From positions 1 to 49,188 of IMG/VR virus record IMGVR_UViG_3300048852_000108: 49,188 nt of DNA; one strand, 5' to 3'. This stretch comes from a virus. Its lineage: Duplodnaviria; Caudoviricetes. Position 1 is the first letter of the stretch. Every line of letters starts with the position of its first letter. The position numbers were made by a program, and so were the translations under genes. Positions 1 to 8,673 of this stretch are shown here, one piece after another. The notes under the pieces were generated by a model. That model saw only the letters and a program-made list of their open reading frames with translations. It was not told the DNA's origin and searched no databases.

Positions 1-570
1 TCATGCGGGAAGCCTATCGATATTGGCGCGCTCAACGCGGAAGGTGAGGACGAGGACGTCGGGATTGTCCTCCCATCGCTGTCCTGGTTTGTCGTGCAGC
101 GACTGCCACAGGTCGCGATATTCCTCTGGGGGCGAAGGATCCCATTCGTCAGGAAACTCCGGATTGGGCCCACGCCTGCCGGCGCATCCCTCGCACACCG
201 CATCGTTCCAGCTGATGGCCTGCAGTGGTTCGAAGCGGACGCCCTCGACGATCAACGTCAGGCGCGACGCCCAGCGGGGCATGTGGATGGAGGGGCGGAG
301 CTTCAGCTTGTAATCGGCGGCGGCGGCGCGGGTGTATCCGCTACGATCGTCAGCCAGATAAGCGACTTCCCGCCGGTGCGGCCCCATCGGGTTCACCGGC
401 GAATCGGTCCAGCCTGCCGGAGCGATCCACGCGCTTTCCCGAACATAGAGGCGATCGCCGATGGTGCAGCGCGCCAGCGGCGACGACGCGAGCCGCCGCG
501 TCTGCGTCTTGCGTCCGTCGACCAGCGCGCGCACCATGGCGCCTGAGAAGATGATGGGGCGATCAGCCAT
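1..570 (-). CDS. Phage ASCH/PUA-like protein
   Basis: N-terminal RPIIFSGAMVRALVDGRKTQTRR, GDRLYVRE and PSIHMPRWASRLTL motifs typical of this phage family. Confidence 0.7.
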   Translation of the reverse strand: MADRPIIFSGAMVRALVDGRKTQTRRLASSPLARCTIGDRLYVRESAWIAPAGWTDSPVNPMGPHRREVAYLADDRSGYTRAAAADYKLKLRPSIHMPRWASRLTLIVEGVRFEPLQAISWNDAVCEGCAGRRGPNPEFPDEWDPSPPEEYRDLWQSLHDKPGQRWEDNPDVLVLTFRVERANIDRLPA

Positions 571-1123
571 CGTCCCGATCCTCTGCGATGGGAGGAAGGG
601 CTGCGCGTTCGTCCGCCAACTCTACGTGCATGCGGACAAGGCTTTCCAAGTCCTCGCACGTGATCATGATTGTGTTGGGATGCTCGGGATCGGCCGGATC
701 GGTTTCGCATGCTGACTGCAAGACGGCAGCGGCGATCACTTTCGCCTCGCGCGTCTCAGCCACCTGCGTTGGGCGGGGTGCGGCCAGGCGGTTCAGCTCT
801 GCCGCAATGTTCTCGGCCGACTGCTTGTCCGCGATCTTACCGCCGACATAGTTCCTGCCTTCACCGGAGCGCCAGATGTACCAGCGCGCGCCCTCAGTGC
901 TCGTCTCTCCGATTGCAGCATAGCGAACAGCCTCCCCGCTCGCGCTCTCCGGGCGGGGTGCATCGGCCAAGGCGAGCATGGCTCGGAGGGCGGGCTCTGT
1001 TATGGAGTTGGTCTGGCCTTCGCGCAGCATTTCTGCCGACCGACGGTAGCCTGCCGCGTGGAACTCAGCCGCAAGCATCTCCCGCGCCTGCTGCTCACGC
1101 GATGCTGGGGTATCGGTGGTCAT
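563..1123 (-). CDS. Hypothetical phage protein
   Basis: ATG at 1123 overlaps the upstream stop (ATGA); lies in the early left operon. Confidence 0.6.
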   Translation of the reverse strand: MTTDTPASREQQAREMLAAEFHAAGYRRSAEMLREGQTNSITEPALRAMLALADAPRPESASGEAVRYAAIGETSTEGARWYIWRSGEGRNYVGGKIADKQSAENIAAELNRLAAPRPTQVAETREAKVIAAAVLQSACETDPADPEHPNTIMITCEDLESLVRMHVELADERAALPPIAEDRDDG

Positions 1124-1371
1124 GCGGTCCTCGCGTATTTTTCGGCCCGCTCCACCGTCAGGGCGGGCCTCCAATTGATGAATTTCCCGTCGCGGAAGCT
1201 GATCGCGCAGGGGCCGGGCCACCCGTCAGCCACGTAATCATGCTGCACGGCGTCGCTTTCATGGAACGACGACAGCGGGTGCGGTGCGAGTGGTGCATCG
1301 GCAAAGCACAGCTTGTCGGGCCAAAATGGCGGCGGCGGGTAGCTGCCTTCGCGCCCCGTCTCGCTCTTCAC
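1120..1371 (-). CDS. Hypothetical phage protein
   Basis: GTG start overlaps the lar stop (GTGA), and its own stop overlaps the next ATG. Confidence 0.5.
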   Translation of the reverse strand: MKSETGREGSYPPPPFWPDKLCFADAPLAPHPLSSFHESDAVQHDYVADGWPGPCAISFRDGKFINWRPALTVERAEKYARTA

Positions 1372-1763
1372 GACGTGTGGTCCTGAGAGGGGGTGGAGAG
1401 GGCTTGGCGAAGATGCAGGCAAAGCTCGATCATGTCGGCATTGAGAGCCGCGACCTGATCCTCGTCATAGTTCGCCATGTTCAGCTCGGGCGCGCGTTCG
1501 GCTATCTCAGAGGCAACGCGCAACGCCTCCACCAGCTCAGTAGCGGGCTCGGGGGTGTGCCGGGTGTTCCAGATCGCGACGGCTTCTCGAACCTTCGCCG
1601 CGTTTGTCGCGTCATCAGCGCCTAGATAAACGAGGCCAGTTCGCGAACCGCAGTTGTTGCACGCGACTAGCGCATCGGTGAGGCTCTTGCGAACCTCCGC
1701 GTCGCTTGCACCGCAAAACGGGCACGGCAGCAGCTCCACCATCTGCGTATTGTCTTGGGTCAT
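1368..1763 (-). CDS. lar: Lar-family restriction alleviation protein
   Basis: LLPCPFCG...ACNNCGS...AVAIWNTR zinc-ribbon signature. Confidence 0.8.
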   Translation of the reverse strand: MTQDNTQMVELLPCPFCGASDAEVRKSLTDALVACNNCGSRTGLVYLGADDATNAAKVREAVAIWNTRHTPEPATELVEALRVASEIAERAPELNMANYDEDQVAALNADMIELCLHLRQALSTPSQDHTS

Positions 1764-2212
1764 GGGAGGGACTCCGGGGGAGTTTGGGCGTCTGCCTGCG
1801 GCACCGCGCTCTCGTCTGCGACGGAGCCGCTACGCGTCTCCGCCCTGCGGGCTTCGATCGCTGACGCGTTCTCAAACACAGGGCACTTGGCGAGCACGTC
1901 ATCCAGCAGCGCGGTGACGGTTCGCAGCTTTTGAAGCTGCACATCGCGCCACTCTTCGTTGCCCTCTCTCTCCGCTGCCCGCATATTGTTGCGGTAAATG
2001 GCAGCATGCCGCTTCAAGCGCGCCAGCACGTCGCTGCGCCGGAACATGCGCGTGCCAACATTGGCGACTTTGCGAATGGCACCCGCACTAGGGATCGAAG
2101 CGGCGGAGCCGGCGAGACCGCTTGCGGGCTCGACCGAAGGCGAGAGCCCGGTCGCCGCAGGCGGAGCGCCCTGATCCCCGCTCCTACCCGCCTCATTGAG
2201 AGAAGTGGTCAT
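1760..2212 (-). CDS. Hypothetical phage protein
   Basis: ATGA-coupled at both ends, GGAGG upstream. Confidence 0.55.
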   Translation of the reverse strand: MTTSLNEAGRSGDQGAPPAATGLSPSVEPASGLAGSAASIPSAGAIRKVANVGTRMFRRSDVLARLKRHAAIYRNNMRAAEREGNEEWRDVQLQKLRTVTALLDDVLAKCPVFENASAIEARRAETRSGSVADESAVPQADAQTPPESLP

Positions 2213-2370
2213 GCAACCCTCCCGAACAACCGGGCCAGCAGCGGACGCGGCCGGCGGCTCTCCAGCCACCGCGCCTTGTTCGCATCGTGCCGATTCCGCA
2301 GCGCGATCCGCAGCTCGTCACCATGAAGGTCCGAGAGCCGGGGCGGCGCGTTGATGAGGTCGTCGTACAT
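2209..2370 (-). CDS. Small hypothetical protein (MYDDLINAPP...)
   Basis: GGAG upstream of ATG 2370; stop overlaps the next start. Confidence 0.55.
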   Translation of the reverse strand: MYDDLINAPPRLSDLHGDELRIALRNRHDANKARWLESRRPRPLLARLFGRVA

Positions 2371-2386
2371 CGCATTGCTCCAGGGT

Positions 2387-2423
2387 GGGCGGTGCCGTGG
2401 TGCGACCCGAGGCGGCACCGCCC
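2387..2423. other. GC-rich 11-bp stem-loop downstream of recT
   Basis: GGGCGGTGCCG (2387-2397) and CGGCACCGCCC (2413-2423) form a perfect inverted repeat; no U-tract. Confidence 0.5.
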
Positions 2424-2432
2424 GGGGGAAGT

Positions 2433-3617
2433 TCAGTTCTTCTGGGACGCTTTGAGCCGAACTTCGGCGGCGCCGATCGCGTCGTCGACCTCGGACACCA
2501 GCTCGGCCGGTGCGGCGTCGCGATGCTTGTCGAGCTCGGTGCCGACCTTCTTGAGATCGATGATCGTGGACACCGTGGCGGCGCGTCCGATCAGGTCGTC
2601 GGCGATGGCGCGGAACGGGTGATCGGCCTGCGTGTCGTTGTTCGCCTCGCCCATGTCGGTTTCGGCCCGGCCTTCGGCGGCGGCGAAGGCCTGGGCATCG
2701 AGCGCGCGCGCGGTTTCCTCGTCCTCTTCCTCGCGCGGGAACTCGCCCGTCGCGGGATCGGCGCCCTCGGCCGAGGCCTGTTCCTCGCGGGTGGGCGGCA
2801 CCAGACGGGGAGCGTCCGGCTCGACGCTTCCGAGCAGCGTGGTCGCGGAGCGCGCCGACAGCGCTTCGTCGTGCGCCTCGACGTCGATCAGGTCGCCAGA
2901 CATCGGGAGCGTCTTGCTGTGGCGGCGCATCACCGTCTTGCGCGCCATCTCTGCGAACCAGTCGACCCACGGGCCTTTGGGCGGGTACTGACCACCGAGT
3001 TTTCCCGTCTGGCTGGCTTGCCGGACCTTGTTAATCTCGGCGCGGCGCATCACCTCGAAGGACTTGGTGCCGTCCTTCATCGTCGCGACCGAATAGGCGG
3101 CGACGATGTTCTCGTCGGCCAGGTCCTCGTCGGTCAGGTCGAGCATGGGCCGGTGCCGCAGCATGGCCTCGGTGCCGCCCTCGAATACGAAGGCCCCCTC
3201 CTCGACCTCGCGCCGATAGACGACGTTCGTCTCGATCGCGCTGATCTCGCCGGACTGGAGGATCTTCTTCCGCAGGCCGAACACCATCGGCATGTATTGC
3301 GCCTGCATGATCTTCCGCCATTGGCCGTCGACCTTGACGCTGGTGTTGAAGGTGACGATCGCCGCCTCGCGCCCGTCGGGGAGCAAGCCGTCCTGCGCGG
3401 CCTTCATGCACGACGTGATCAAGCTGGCGCGGTCCGCCTTGAGCAGGTCCGGATTGCTCTGCGCCGCGGTCATTACCGTGCGCTGAAACTTCTCCGGGCT
3501 GATGTGCGCCGGCAGCGCCATCTTGAAGTCGTTGGCGCGGCGCTCGAGGCCGTGACGAAGTCGGTCGTATTCGGTGACTTGGGTGGGTTCGCGCGTGGCG
3601 AGGGCTTGGGTTGCCAT
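2433..3617 (-). CDS. recT: RecT-family single-strand annealing recombinase
   Basis: LP.HISPEKF.R, AAQDGLLPDGREA, QAQYMPMVFGL and W..WF.EMARKTVMRR motifs. Confidence 0.92.
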   Translation of the reverse strand: MATQALATREPTQVTEYDRLRHGLERRANDFKMALPAHISPEKFQRTVMTAAQSNPDLLKADRASLITSCMKAAQDGLLPDGREAAIVTFNTSVKVDGQWRKIMQAQYMPMVFGLRKKILQSGEISAIETNVVYRREVEEGAFVFEGGTEAMLRHRPMLDLTDEDLADENIVAAYSVATMKDGTKSFEVMRRAEINKVRQASQTGKLGGQYPPKGPWVDWFAEMARKTVMRRHSKTLPMSGDLIDVEAHDEALSARSATTLLGSVEPDAPRLVPPTREEQASAEGADPATGEFPREEEDEETARALDAQAFAAAEGRAETDMGEANNDTQADHPFRAIADDLIGRAATVSTIIDLKKVGTELDKHRDAAPAELVSEVDDAIGAAEVRLKASQKN

Positions 3618-3620
3618 GGT

Positions 3621-3896
3621 TTAGGCCTCCATTTCAGAATTGAGATCGTGGGCGTCGAGCACGTCGAGCGCGTCCTGCGACTCCGGCTCGACCTTTCCGA
3701 GGATGGACTTGCAGGCGAACGGCGGGGCCTCGTCGCTGATCGAGACGACCTCGACGCGCTTCCAGCCGTCGCTGCGGTTGTCGGGTACCTTGACCACGTC
3801 GCCGGGTGCGAGCGGCTCGCCGTCCCACTGATAGGTGTAGGTGCGGGTGTCTTCGGCCTTGAACTTGCAGGCCACGAACACGCTCGGGTTTGTCAT
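3621..3896 (-). CDS. Hypothetical phage protein (SH3-like TYTY...LAPGDVVKV)
   Basis: Coupled ORF upstream of recT. Confidence 0.7.
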   Translation of the reverse strand: MTNPSVFVACKFKAEDTRTYTYQWDGEPLAPGDVVKVPDNRSDGWKRVEVVSISDEAPPFACKSILGKVEPESQDALDVLDAHDLNSEMEA

Positions 3897-4081
3897 TCAT
3901 CTTCTCCGGTTGCTTCGCAGACGGTGCAGATAGGTCGAGCATCGAGGCACGAACCGCAGGGCGGACTGATGTGGCACGAGCAGTTCTCGCCGACGGGCAG
4001 CATCATCGTTCCGTCACACGCGAAGCCGTCGTCGTTGAGGCGATTGCAGCGGTCGCCATCCTCGGTGCCGATGGCGCTCAT
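3893..4081 (-). CDS. Small Cys-rich (zinc-binding) protein
   Basis: C-x8-C, CSCHISPPCGSC and CTVC motifs; ATGA-coupled. Confidence 0.7.
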   Translation of the reverse strand: MSAIGTEDGDRCNRLNDDGFACDGTMMLPVGENCSCHISPPCGSCLDARPICTVCEATGEDE

Positions 4082-4896
4082 CGCACCGCGCTCCCGAGCC
4101 GAGAGAAGACCTCGCAGCCCTTGATCTCGCGCAGGCCGTTCTTGCCGCGCACCGACGGCCGGATGACCTTCTCCAGCGCTTCGATCACGGAAGGATGCTT
4201 GAGGAACATGTCAGGCACCTGGCGAATGTTCACGACGCGGACGTCCCAAGTTTCGGTCACCGACACGGCGCTGCCGTAGTCGCCGCGCGCGATCGGCCCA
4301 GCCGCAACCTTGACCTCGGCGAACACCGGCTCCGGCTCGACTTCGACCATAGCGGCCTCGCGGCCCTCTTCGGCGGCGCGAGCGTCCTCCTCGGCCTGCA
4401 GGCGCGCACGCTCGGCAGCGGCAGCGGCTTCCTTCTCGGCCGCCTCGCGCGCGATCCGGGCGGCTTCCTCCCGGCGCTTCCGCTCTTCCTCGGCGAGGAA
4501 CGCATTCATGTGCCCGCGGGCATTGTTCACCGCGGCGGCGAGATCGCCGACGATCCCATCGGCTTTGCCCTTGAGCGCGCGCTGCGCGGTCAGAAGCGGG
4601 CGGTTATGCCGCTCCCGGTGTTCCTCGACCGCCTTGGTTGCGACGTTCGCCATTTTGATGAAGTCGCCGATCCGTCCCGCAGCATCTGCGCTGCCGCAGC
4701 CCTTCACGCCGTTGCCGCTCGCGGTCAGTTCGGAAATGCGCTGGATCAGCCCGTCGCGGGTAAGGCCCTCGACGAAGTCGTCGACGACGCGAACTTCCAT
4801 CGGCACGGCGCCGCTGTTGCTGCCGATCGTGGCGGTGGCAGGTTCAGCCTTGGGCCAAGGCTTCACGTCATCGAATATGGGCTTTGCAGATGCCAT
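4078..4896 (-). CDS. Coiled-coil hypothetical phage protein
   Basis: GAAAGGAG ribosome-binding site (RBS); long Ala/Glu/Arg helix. Confidence 0.75.
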   Translation of the reverse strand: MASAKPIFDDVKPWPKAEPATATIGSNSGAVPMEVRVVDDFVEGLTRDGLIQRISELTASGNGVKGCGSADAAGRIGDFIKMANVATKAVEEHRERHNRPLLTAQRALKGKADGIVGDLAAAVNNARGHMNAFLAEEERKRREEAARIAREAAEKEAAAAAERARLQAEEDARAAEEGREAAMVEVEPEPVFAEVKVAAGPIARGDYGSAVSVTETWDVRVVNIRQVPDMFLKHPSVIEALEKVIRPSVRGKNGLREIKGCEVFSRLGSAVR

Positions 4897-4909
4897 CGGT
4901 CGGCTCCTT

Positions 4910-5299
4910 TCAGATCAGCGGAATTGGGGCGGTGAGCAGATCGACGGCGCGCGTCGGATCGGCGTGCGGGGCGTCGGGGGCGTGCTGTTCGCCCCAAGCC
5001 TGGAGCGAGCAGAGGTAGCGGTGCTCGGCCTCGTCGATCGGCTCGTCGGCGCAACCGGGCCAGACGCGCTCCAGATCGATGTATCGACCGTTCGCGGTGG
5101 CCTGCCAGCGGGGGGAACGGTCCAACTCCTCGCCGGTCACCGGATCGAGGGGCACGCCGAACCAGATGCGGATACCGACCGGCACGGCGCCGCGACGCAG
5201 CTTGGTCCGATAGAAGCCCGCGACGGGCCTGTCGGGATCGAAGCCTTGGGCCTGCACCGGCGCGCGGCGCGCGGAATAGTCGAGGCGGCCGCGGCTCAC
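4910..5299 (-). CDS. Hypothetical phage protein (P.AGFYR.KLRRG.VPVGIRIW)
   Basis: GTG overlaps the upstream stop, GGAGG RBS. Confidence 0.7.
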   Translation of the reverse strand: MSRGRLDYSARRAPVQAQGFDPDRPVAGFYRTKLRRGAVPVGIRIWFGVPLDPVTGEELDRSPRWQATANGRYIDLERVWPGCADEPIDEAEHRYLCSLQAWGEQHAPDAPHADPTRAVDLLTAPIPLI

Positions 5300-5613
5300 A
5301 GCCCCGCCCTCCCCCAAGCCGCTTCCCAGCAATCGGCTTCGCGCGCTGCTTCCTGCGCGGTCCAGAACTCGCGGCTGCTCTCGATGCTGGCGTCGAGCCG
5401 GGCCAGCGCGTGGTCGATCCGCGCGTCCGACGCTGCCATGCGCGACAGGTGCTGCTCGTGATCGGCGACGGCCTTCTCGCGGCCCCGGTGCATCCGGCGG
5501 ACGCGCTCGCGGCGGCTCGGGTGCGTTTCCCGGGTCACCTCGGCGACGGCTGCGAACAGCTCGGCCGCGGGCGCGTCGGGATCGGCGAGGATTTGGTCGA
5601 GGCGCGTCATCAC
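5296..5613 (-). CDS. Hypothetical protein
   Basis: Coupled ORF in the left operon. Confidence 0.6.
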   Translation of the reverse strand: MMTRLDQILADPDAPAAELFAAVAEVTRETHPSRRERVRRMHRGREKAVADHEQHLSRMAASDARIDHALARLDASIESSREFWTAQEAAREADCWEAAWGRAGL

Positions 5614-5954
5614 GCCGCCTCTCGCTTCGAACCCGAAGCCACCGCGTCGTGCTGAGCCACATGCCAGCGAGCGTCGCTCAGCATCTTCCGGATGCGCGGC
5701 CCCTGCCCGTTCGGGCCCCAGGTCCCGATCGAACCGTAGCCGTGCGGCTGAGACGAAATGTACGGGCTGGCGTCTTCGCGGCGGAGCTGGGCCAGACCGG
5801 CCTCAGCCTTGCGCTTCAACCCGCCGAGCAGAATGTCGCGGGGGTAGCGGCTCGCGAGACGGATGATCTCCTCGAAGCTCGCGGTGTGCTCCGTGACGAT
5901 CTGGCGCCAGCGCTGCTGCTTGGCGATGATCGCGGGATCGGTGATGGGCTGCAT
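5610..5954 (-). CDS. Hypothetical protein, first gene after PL
   Basis: GGAGG RBS; directly downstream of the OL operators. Confidence 0.65.
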   Translation of the reverse strand: MQPITDPAIIAKQQRWRQIVTEHTASFEEIIRLASRYPRDILLGGLKRKAEAGLAQLRREDASPYISSQPHGYGSIGTWGPNGQGPRIRKMLSDARWHVAQHDAVASGSKREAA

Positions 5955-5993
5955 CGTGACCTCCAGAGCCGCGGACCAGTGCGGCTGATGGAG

Positions 5994-6048
5994 GGAATGT
6001 GCATTGATTGCACAGTCACGTCAATTGAAAATGTGCATCCGTTGCACT
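5994..6048 (-). promoter_or_regulatory. PL promoter with two repressor operators (OL)
   Basis: TGTGCA-TTGAT-TGCACA (5998-6014) and TGTGCA-TCCGT-TGCACT (6032-6048); minus-strand TTGACG at 6024-6019. Confidence 0.8.
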
Positions 6049-6051
6049 TTT

Positions 6052-6462
6052 CTAATCGGGCCACTCCTCGTCAGGATAGAAATCTACCTCCGGGTCGGCA
6101 TCGAAACTGGCCTCTTTCGGAGCTTCGGCAGGCTCCGGGGGCAGCGCGGGCACCTCGCCATCGAACCCGATTCGAATCCACGCGCCCCAATTTGTCTGCC
6201 GCTGAAAGATCGCGACGATCTCCTCCCCGCGGGCCATCAATGTCTTGATCCACGGCGCCCGCTCTGCGGAGAGGTAGCCGATCTGGATGCCACGACTGCT
6301 GAACACGGCGATCGCGTTCTCGTCGGCGGGGTTCTTGGGTTCGGGAATAAGCTGGATCGGCTCGCCTGGCTGGCAGATTGCGAGCTCGAAGCGGCGGGTT
6401 GGGCCGCGTTTGTTGGCGTGGGCTGCGCCGACGACGGCGAGGCTAACGCTTGGGCGCGGCAC
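6052..6462 (-). CDS. HIRAN domain protein
   Basis: LAVVG...L.PEPKNPADENAIAV...QIGYL signature. Confidence 0.85.
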   Translation of the reverse strand: MPRPSVSLAVVGAAHANKRGPTRRFELAICQPGEPIQLIPEPKNPADENAIAVFSSRGIQIGYLSAERAPWIKTLMARGEEIVAIFQRQTNWGAWIRIGFDGEVPALPPEPAEAPKEASFDADPEVDFYPDEEWPD

Positions 6463-6862
6463 TCGTGGGCGCAGCTTGCAGCGCGGGGACCGTCAATACG
6501 ATCGGCTGGACCTGTGTCGGCTTATCCTCAGGCTGGATCCAGCTCAGACCACCAATAATGCCGCCGATGACAGTCGCGACGACCGCGAATGCCAGCGCAG
6601 TCCACTGCCACTTCCATGCCCAGAGGTCGTGCTTAGTGGCCAAGCCTCTGGCGAGATTGAGAATCTCGACCTGCCCGGTTTTCAACTCGTCCAGGTCGCG
6701 ACGCACGTATTCCATGTGCGTTTCCAGCCGAGTGACCCTAGCTTCCATATCATTATATGTGCCACCGCCACCACCGCCCTTCAAGATCGGCTCCTCGCTC
6801 TCTTTGGTGTCGAGTTGGCGATCGAACCAGCGGCGCTGAATCTCTGCGTCAATTCCCGACAT
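6443..6862 (-). CDS. Membrane-anchored coiled-coil protein
   Basis: GGGGGT..DMEARVTRLE coiled coil followed by a hydrophobic transmembrane (TM) segment. Confidence 0.7.
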   Translation of the reverse strand: MSGIDAEIQRRWFDRQLDTKESEEPILKGGGGGGTYNDMEARVTRLETHMEYVRRDLDELKTGQVEILNLARGLATKHDLWAWKWQWTALAFAVVATVIGGIIGGLSWIQPEDKPTQVQPIVLTVPALQAAPTSAAPKR

Positions 6863-7134
6863 TACTGCTCTTCCGGACCGCTTAGCTCGGGCAGTTTCAC
6901 GAGCGTTCTCTGAAATTGGTGAATCTCGCGAAGAAGCTTTATGGCCTCGTCGATCGACTTTCGTTTCCCCTCCTCGTCGGGCACCTTGTAGTCCGAGATC
7001 ATGTAGCCCACCACCGTCGCCAACGCTTGGCTGATTAAGCTGGCCATTGCATTTAAGTCGCGGACGGTCGCCGGCTCACCTAGGTGGGTATAAAAAGCAA
7101 GAGCGTCATTCTCCGACATTGGCTCGTCACTCAT
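6862..7134 (-). CDS. Hypothetical protein (lower GC)
   Basis: GAGGG RBS, TAATG coupling to the next gene. Confidence 0.65.
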   Translation of the reverse strand: MSDEPMSENDALAFYTHLGEPATVRDLNAMASLISQALATVVGYMISDYKVPDEEGKRKSIDEAIKLLREIHQFQRTLVKLPELSGPEEQ

Positions 7135-7153
7135 AATACCCTCGCGAAGCTAA

Positions 7154-7489
7154 TCACGCGCATGCCTTAGTTGCCTCAAGCTGGCCGATGATGCTGCTTT
7201 GGCGCCGTAGCTCGATGCGGGTGCTCCCGTTCGCTTCCCGCAGGTCGTAGACGAGCGGAATACCGTCGGAGTTCGAAAAGACGACGCGCTTGCCCCCCTC
7301 GATCGGCACTACGCTCGGCGAGGCCGCGATCCGGATCTCCGCGAGGCAAGCCGCAACAGCATCGATCGACTTTGAGCTCTCAATCACCACCGATGGCTGC
7401 TTGCTGGTCACGTCGGAGACCGTGTTGACACAAGCCGCTGCGAATCCGCAGGCGCCGAGCGCCAAGATCAAAGCTCGCGTGCGAACCAT
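7154..7489 (-). CDS. Putative lipoprotein downstream of cI
   Basis: Signal peptide with lipobox FAAAC; second Cys pair. Confidence 0.7.
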   Translation of the reverse strand: MVRTRALILALGACGFAAACVNTVSDVTSKQPSVVIESSKSIDAVAACLAEIRIAASPSVVPIEGGKRVVFSNSDGIPLVYDLREANGSTRIELRRQSSIIGQLEATKACA

Positions 7490-8160
7490 ATCACCCTTCC
7501 CTCAATCCTCAGCTCGCTCGCATCTACCTCGTCATTCCCTTCGATAGGGTTATCGGAGATGATCGCTATCCGACCCTTCCCGGCCGGCCGCAGGCGCTTG
7601 ATACCATGCGCCCCCTCGCGGTTGATCCAGTAGATACCGCTGATCCGGGTGAGCTGCTTCTCGTTGATGTCGACCATGATGCGGTCGCTCGAGCGCAGCG
7701 TCGGCTCCATGCTGTCGCCGATCCCGCGCACCATGCGCAATCGGTCGCTCGGCGTGCGTGTGATCGACTGCACCAGGTTGAGGCTCATCTTGACCGGTTC
7801 GCTCTCGACGAACTCTTCGATCAGCGTGCCTGGGCCCATCGAGAGGGAAAGATCGAGGGCGGTGATCTCGACGACGTCGTCGTCGTTCGCGCGGGCCAGC
7901 ATACTACGGCGGTCGGACGGCTGAGGCGGGAGCCCATGGCCCGCAACATCCTCCGGGCGCAGATACCCCATCCGCATGAGGATTTCAGGTCGCGAGACAT
8001 TGAACAGCTCGGCGAGTTGGTCGGCGCGCTCATGCGAAAACGTGCCCGCACCATTCATCATCTTGTTGATGACTGAGCGCTCTCGGCCGGCCGCCGCGGC
8101 GATCGCCGCGTCCTTTAGGCCAAGCTCAGCCTTGCGGGTTCGGAACCACTCATAGTCCAT
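7468..8160 (-). CDS. cI: CI-type repressor (HTH plus S24 autopeptidase)
   Basis: N-terminal HTH; GDSMEPTL (Ser) and IKRL (Lys) dyad; GRVIW C-terminus; divergent from cro. Confidence 0.92.
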   Translation of the reverse strand: MDYEWFRTRKAELGLKDAAIAAAAGRERSVINKMMNGAGTFSHERADQLAELFNVSRPEILMRMGYLRPEDVAGHGLPPQPSDRRSMLARANDDDVVEITALDLSLSMGPGTLIEEFVESEPVKMSLNLVQSITRTPSDRLRMVRGIGDSMEPTLRSSDRIMVDINEKQLTRISGIYWINREGAHGIKRLRPAGKGRIAIISDNPIEGNDEVDASELRIEGRVIWFAREL

Positions 8161-8168
8161 AAGCGGCT

Positions 8169-8248
8169 TGTGCACCGGGCGCACATTGCTGTCGTGCGCA
8201 AACGATGCACACTTCTCGCTTGACGAATGTGCATTGATTGCACATTCT
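8169..8248. promoter_or_regulatory. OR region: three operators and the PR promoter
   Basis: TGTGCA-CCGGG-CGCACA (8169-8185), TGCGCA-AACGA-TGCACA (8195-8211), TGTGCA-TTGAT-TGCACA (8228-8244); TTGACG(8220)-N17-CATTCT(8243). Confidence 0.85.
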
Positions 8249-8254
8249 GAGCGC

Positions 8255-8476
8255 ATGAGCACAGCCCTAGACGCCTATCTCGAGAGGAACGGTATAAAGG
8301 ACGCGGAGTTCGCTCCGCGGATTGGCCGAGACCGCTCGATGGTGAGCAAGCTCCGCCGCGGAATCGTCCGCCCTACCCTCGACTTGGCGGCGACTATCGA
8401 AGCCGAGACGCACGGCGAAGTGCCGATGCGTTCGTGGTTAGCAGACTCCTCGCCCGCCCAGGCTGACGCGGCATGA
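8255..8476 (+). CDS. cro: Cro-like HTH regulator
   Basis: 73-aa XRE-type HTH (DAEFAPRIGRDRSMVSKLRRG.. P.L.LA..IE..T.GEV) divergent from cI. Confidence 0.85.
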   Translation: MSTALDAYLERNGIKDAEFAPRIGRDRSMVSKLRRGIVRPTLDLAATIEAETHGEVPMRSWLADSSPAQADAA

Positions 8477-8673
8477 CCGCGCCCTGGCCAGCGCCCGGCG
8501 TCTACCGCCCGGACCAGCTCGACAGCTGCGCCCGCTGCGACGCCCGGCTCTGCGACGGCACCGATTACCAATGGAACCGCCCTTCGCCAGCGCCCGACAA
8601 CGCTGGTGTCCCTGGGGCCGCGCCCTTCTCTCCCTTTTCCGGCGCGGCCCCTCTTTCAGGAGCGCACCGATGA
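8473..8673 (+). CDS. Small hypothetical protein
   Basis: ATGA-coupled on both sides; CxxC. Confidence 0.45.
   Translation: MTAPWPAPGVYRPDQLDSCARCDARLCDGTDYQWNRPSPAPDNAGVPGAAPFSPFSGAAPLSGAHR

Noticed and set aside
2385-4124. 579-aa plus-strand ORF and similar long ORFs (4310..5461, 18003..19016, 27709..29016, 40173..41174)
   Set aside because: Antisense shadows of real genes in high-GC DNA, with no motifs or RBS
8161-8262. Longer N-termini for cI (8262) and cro (8168) given in the ORF track
   Set aside because: The extensions run through the operator/promoter region; the HTH domains begin at 8160 and 8255
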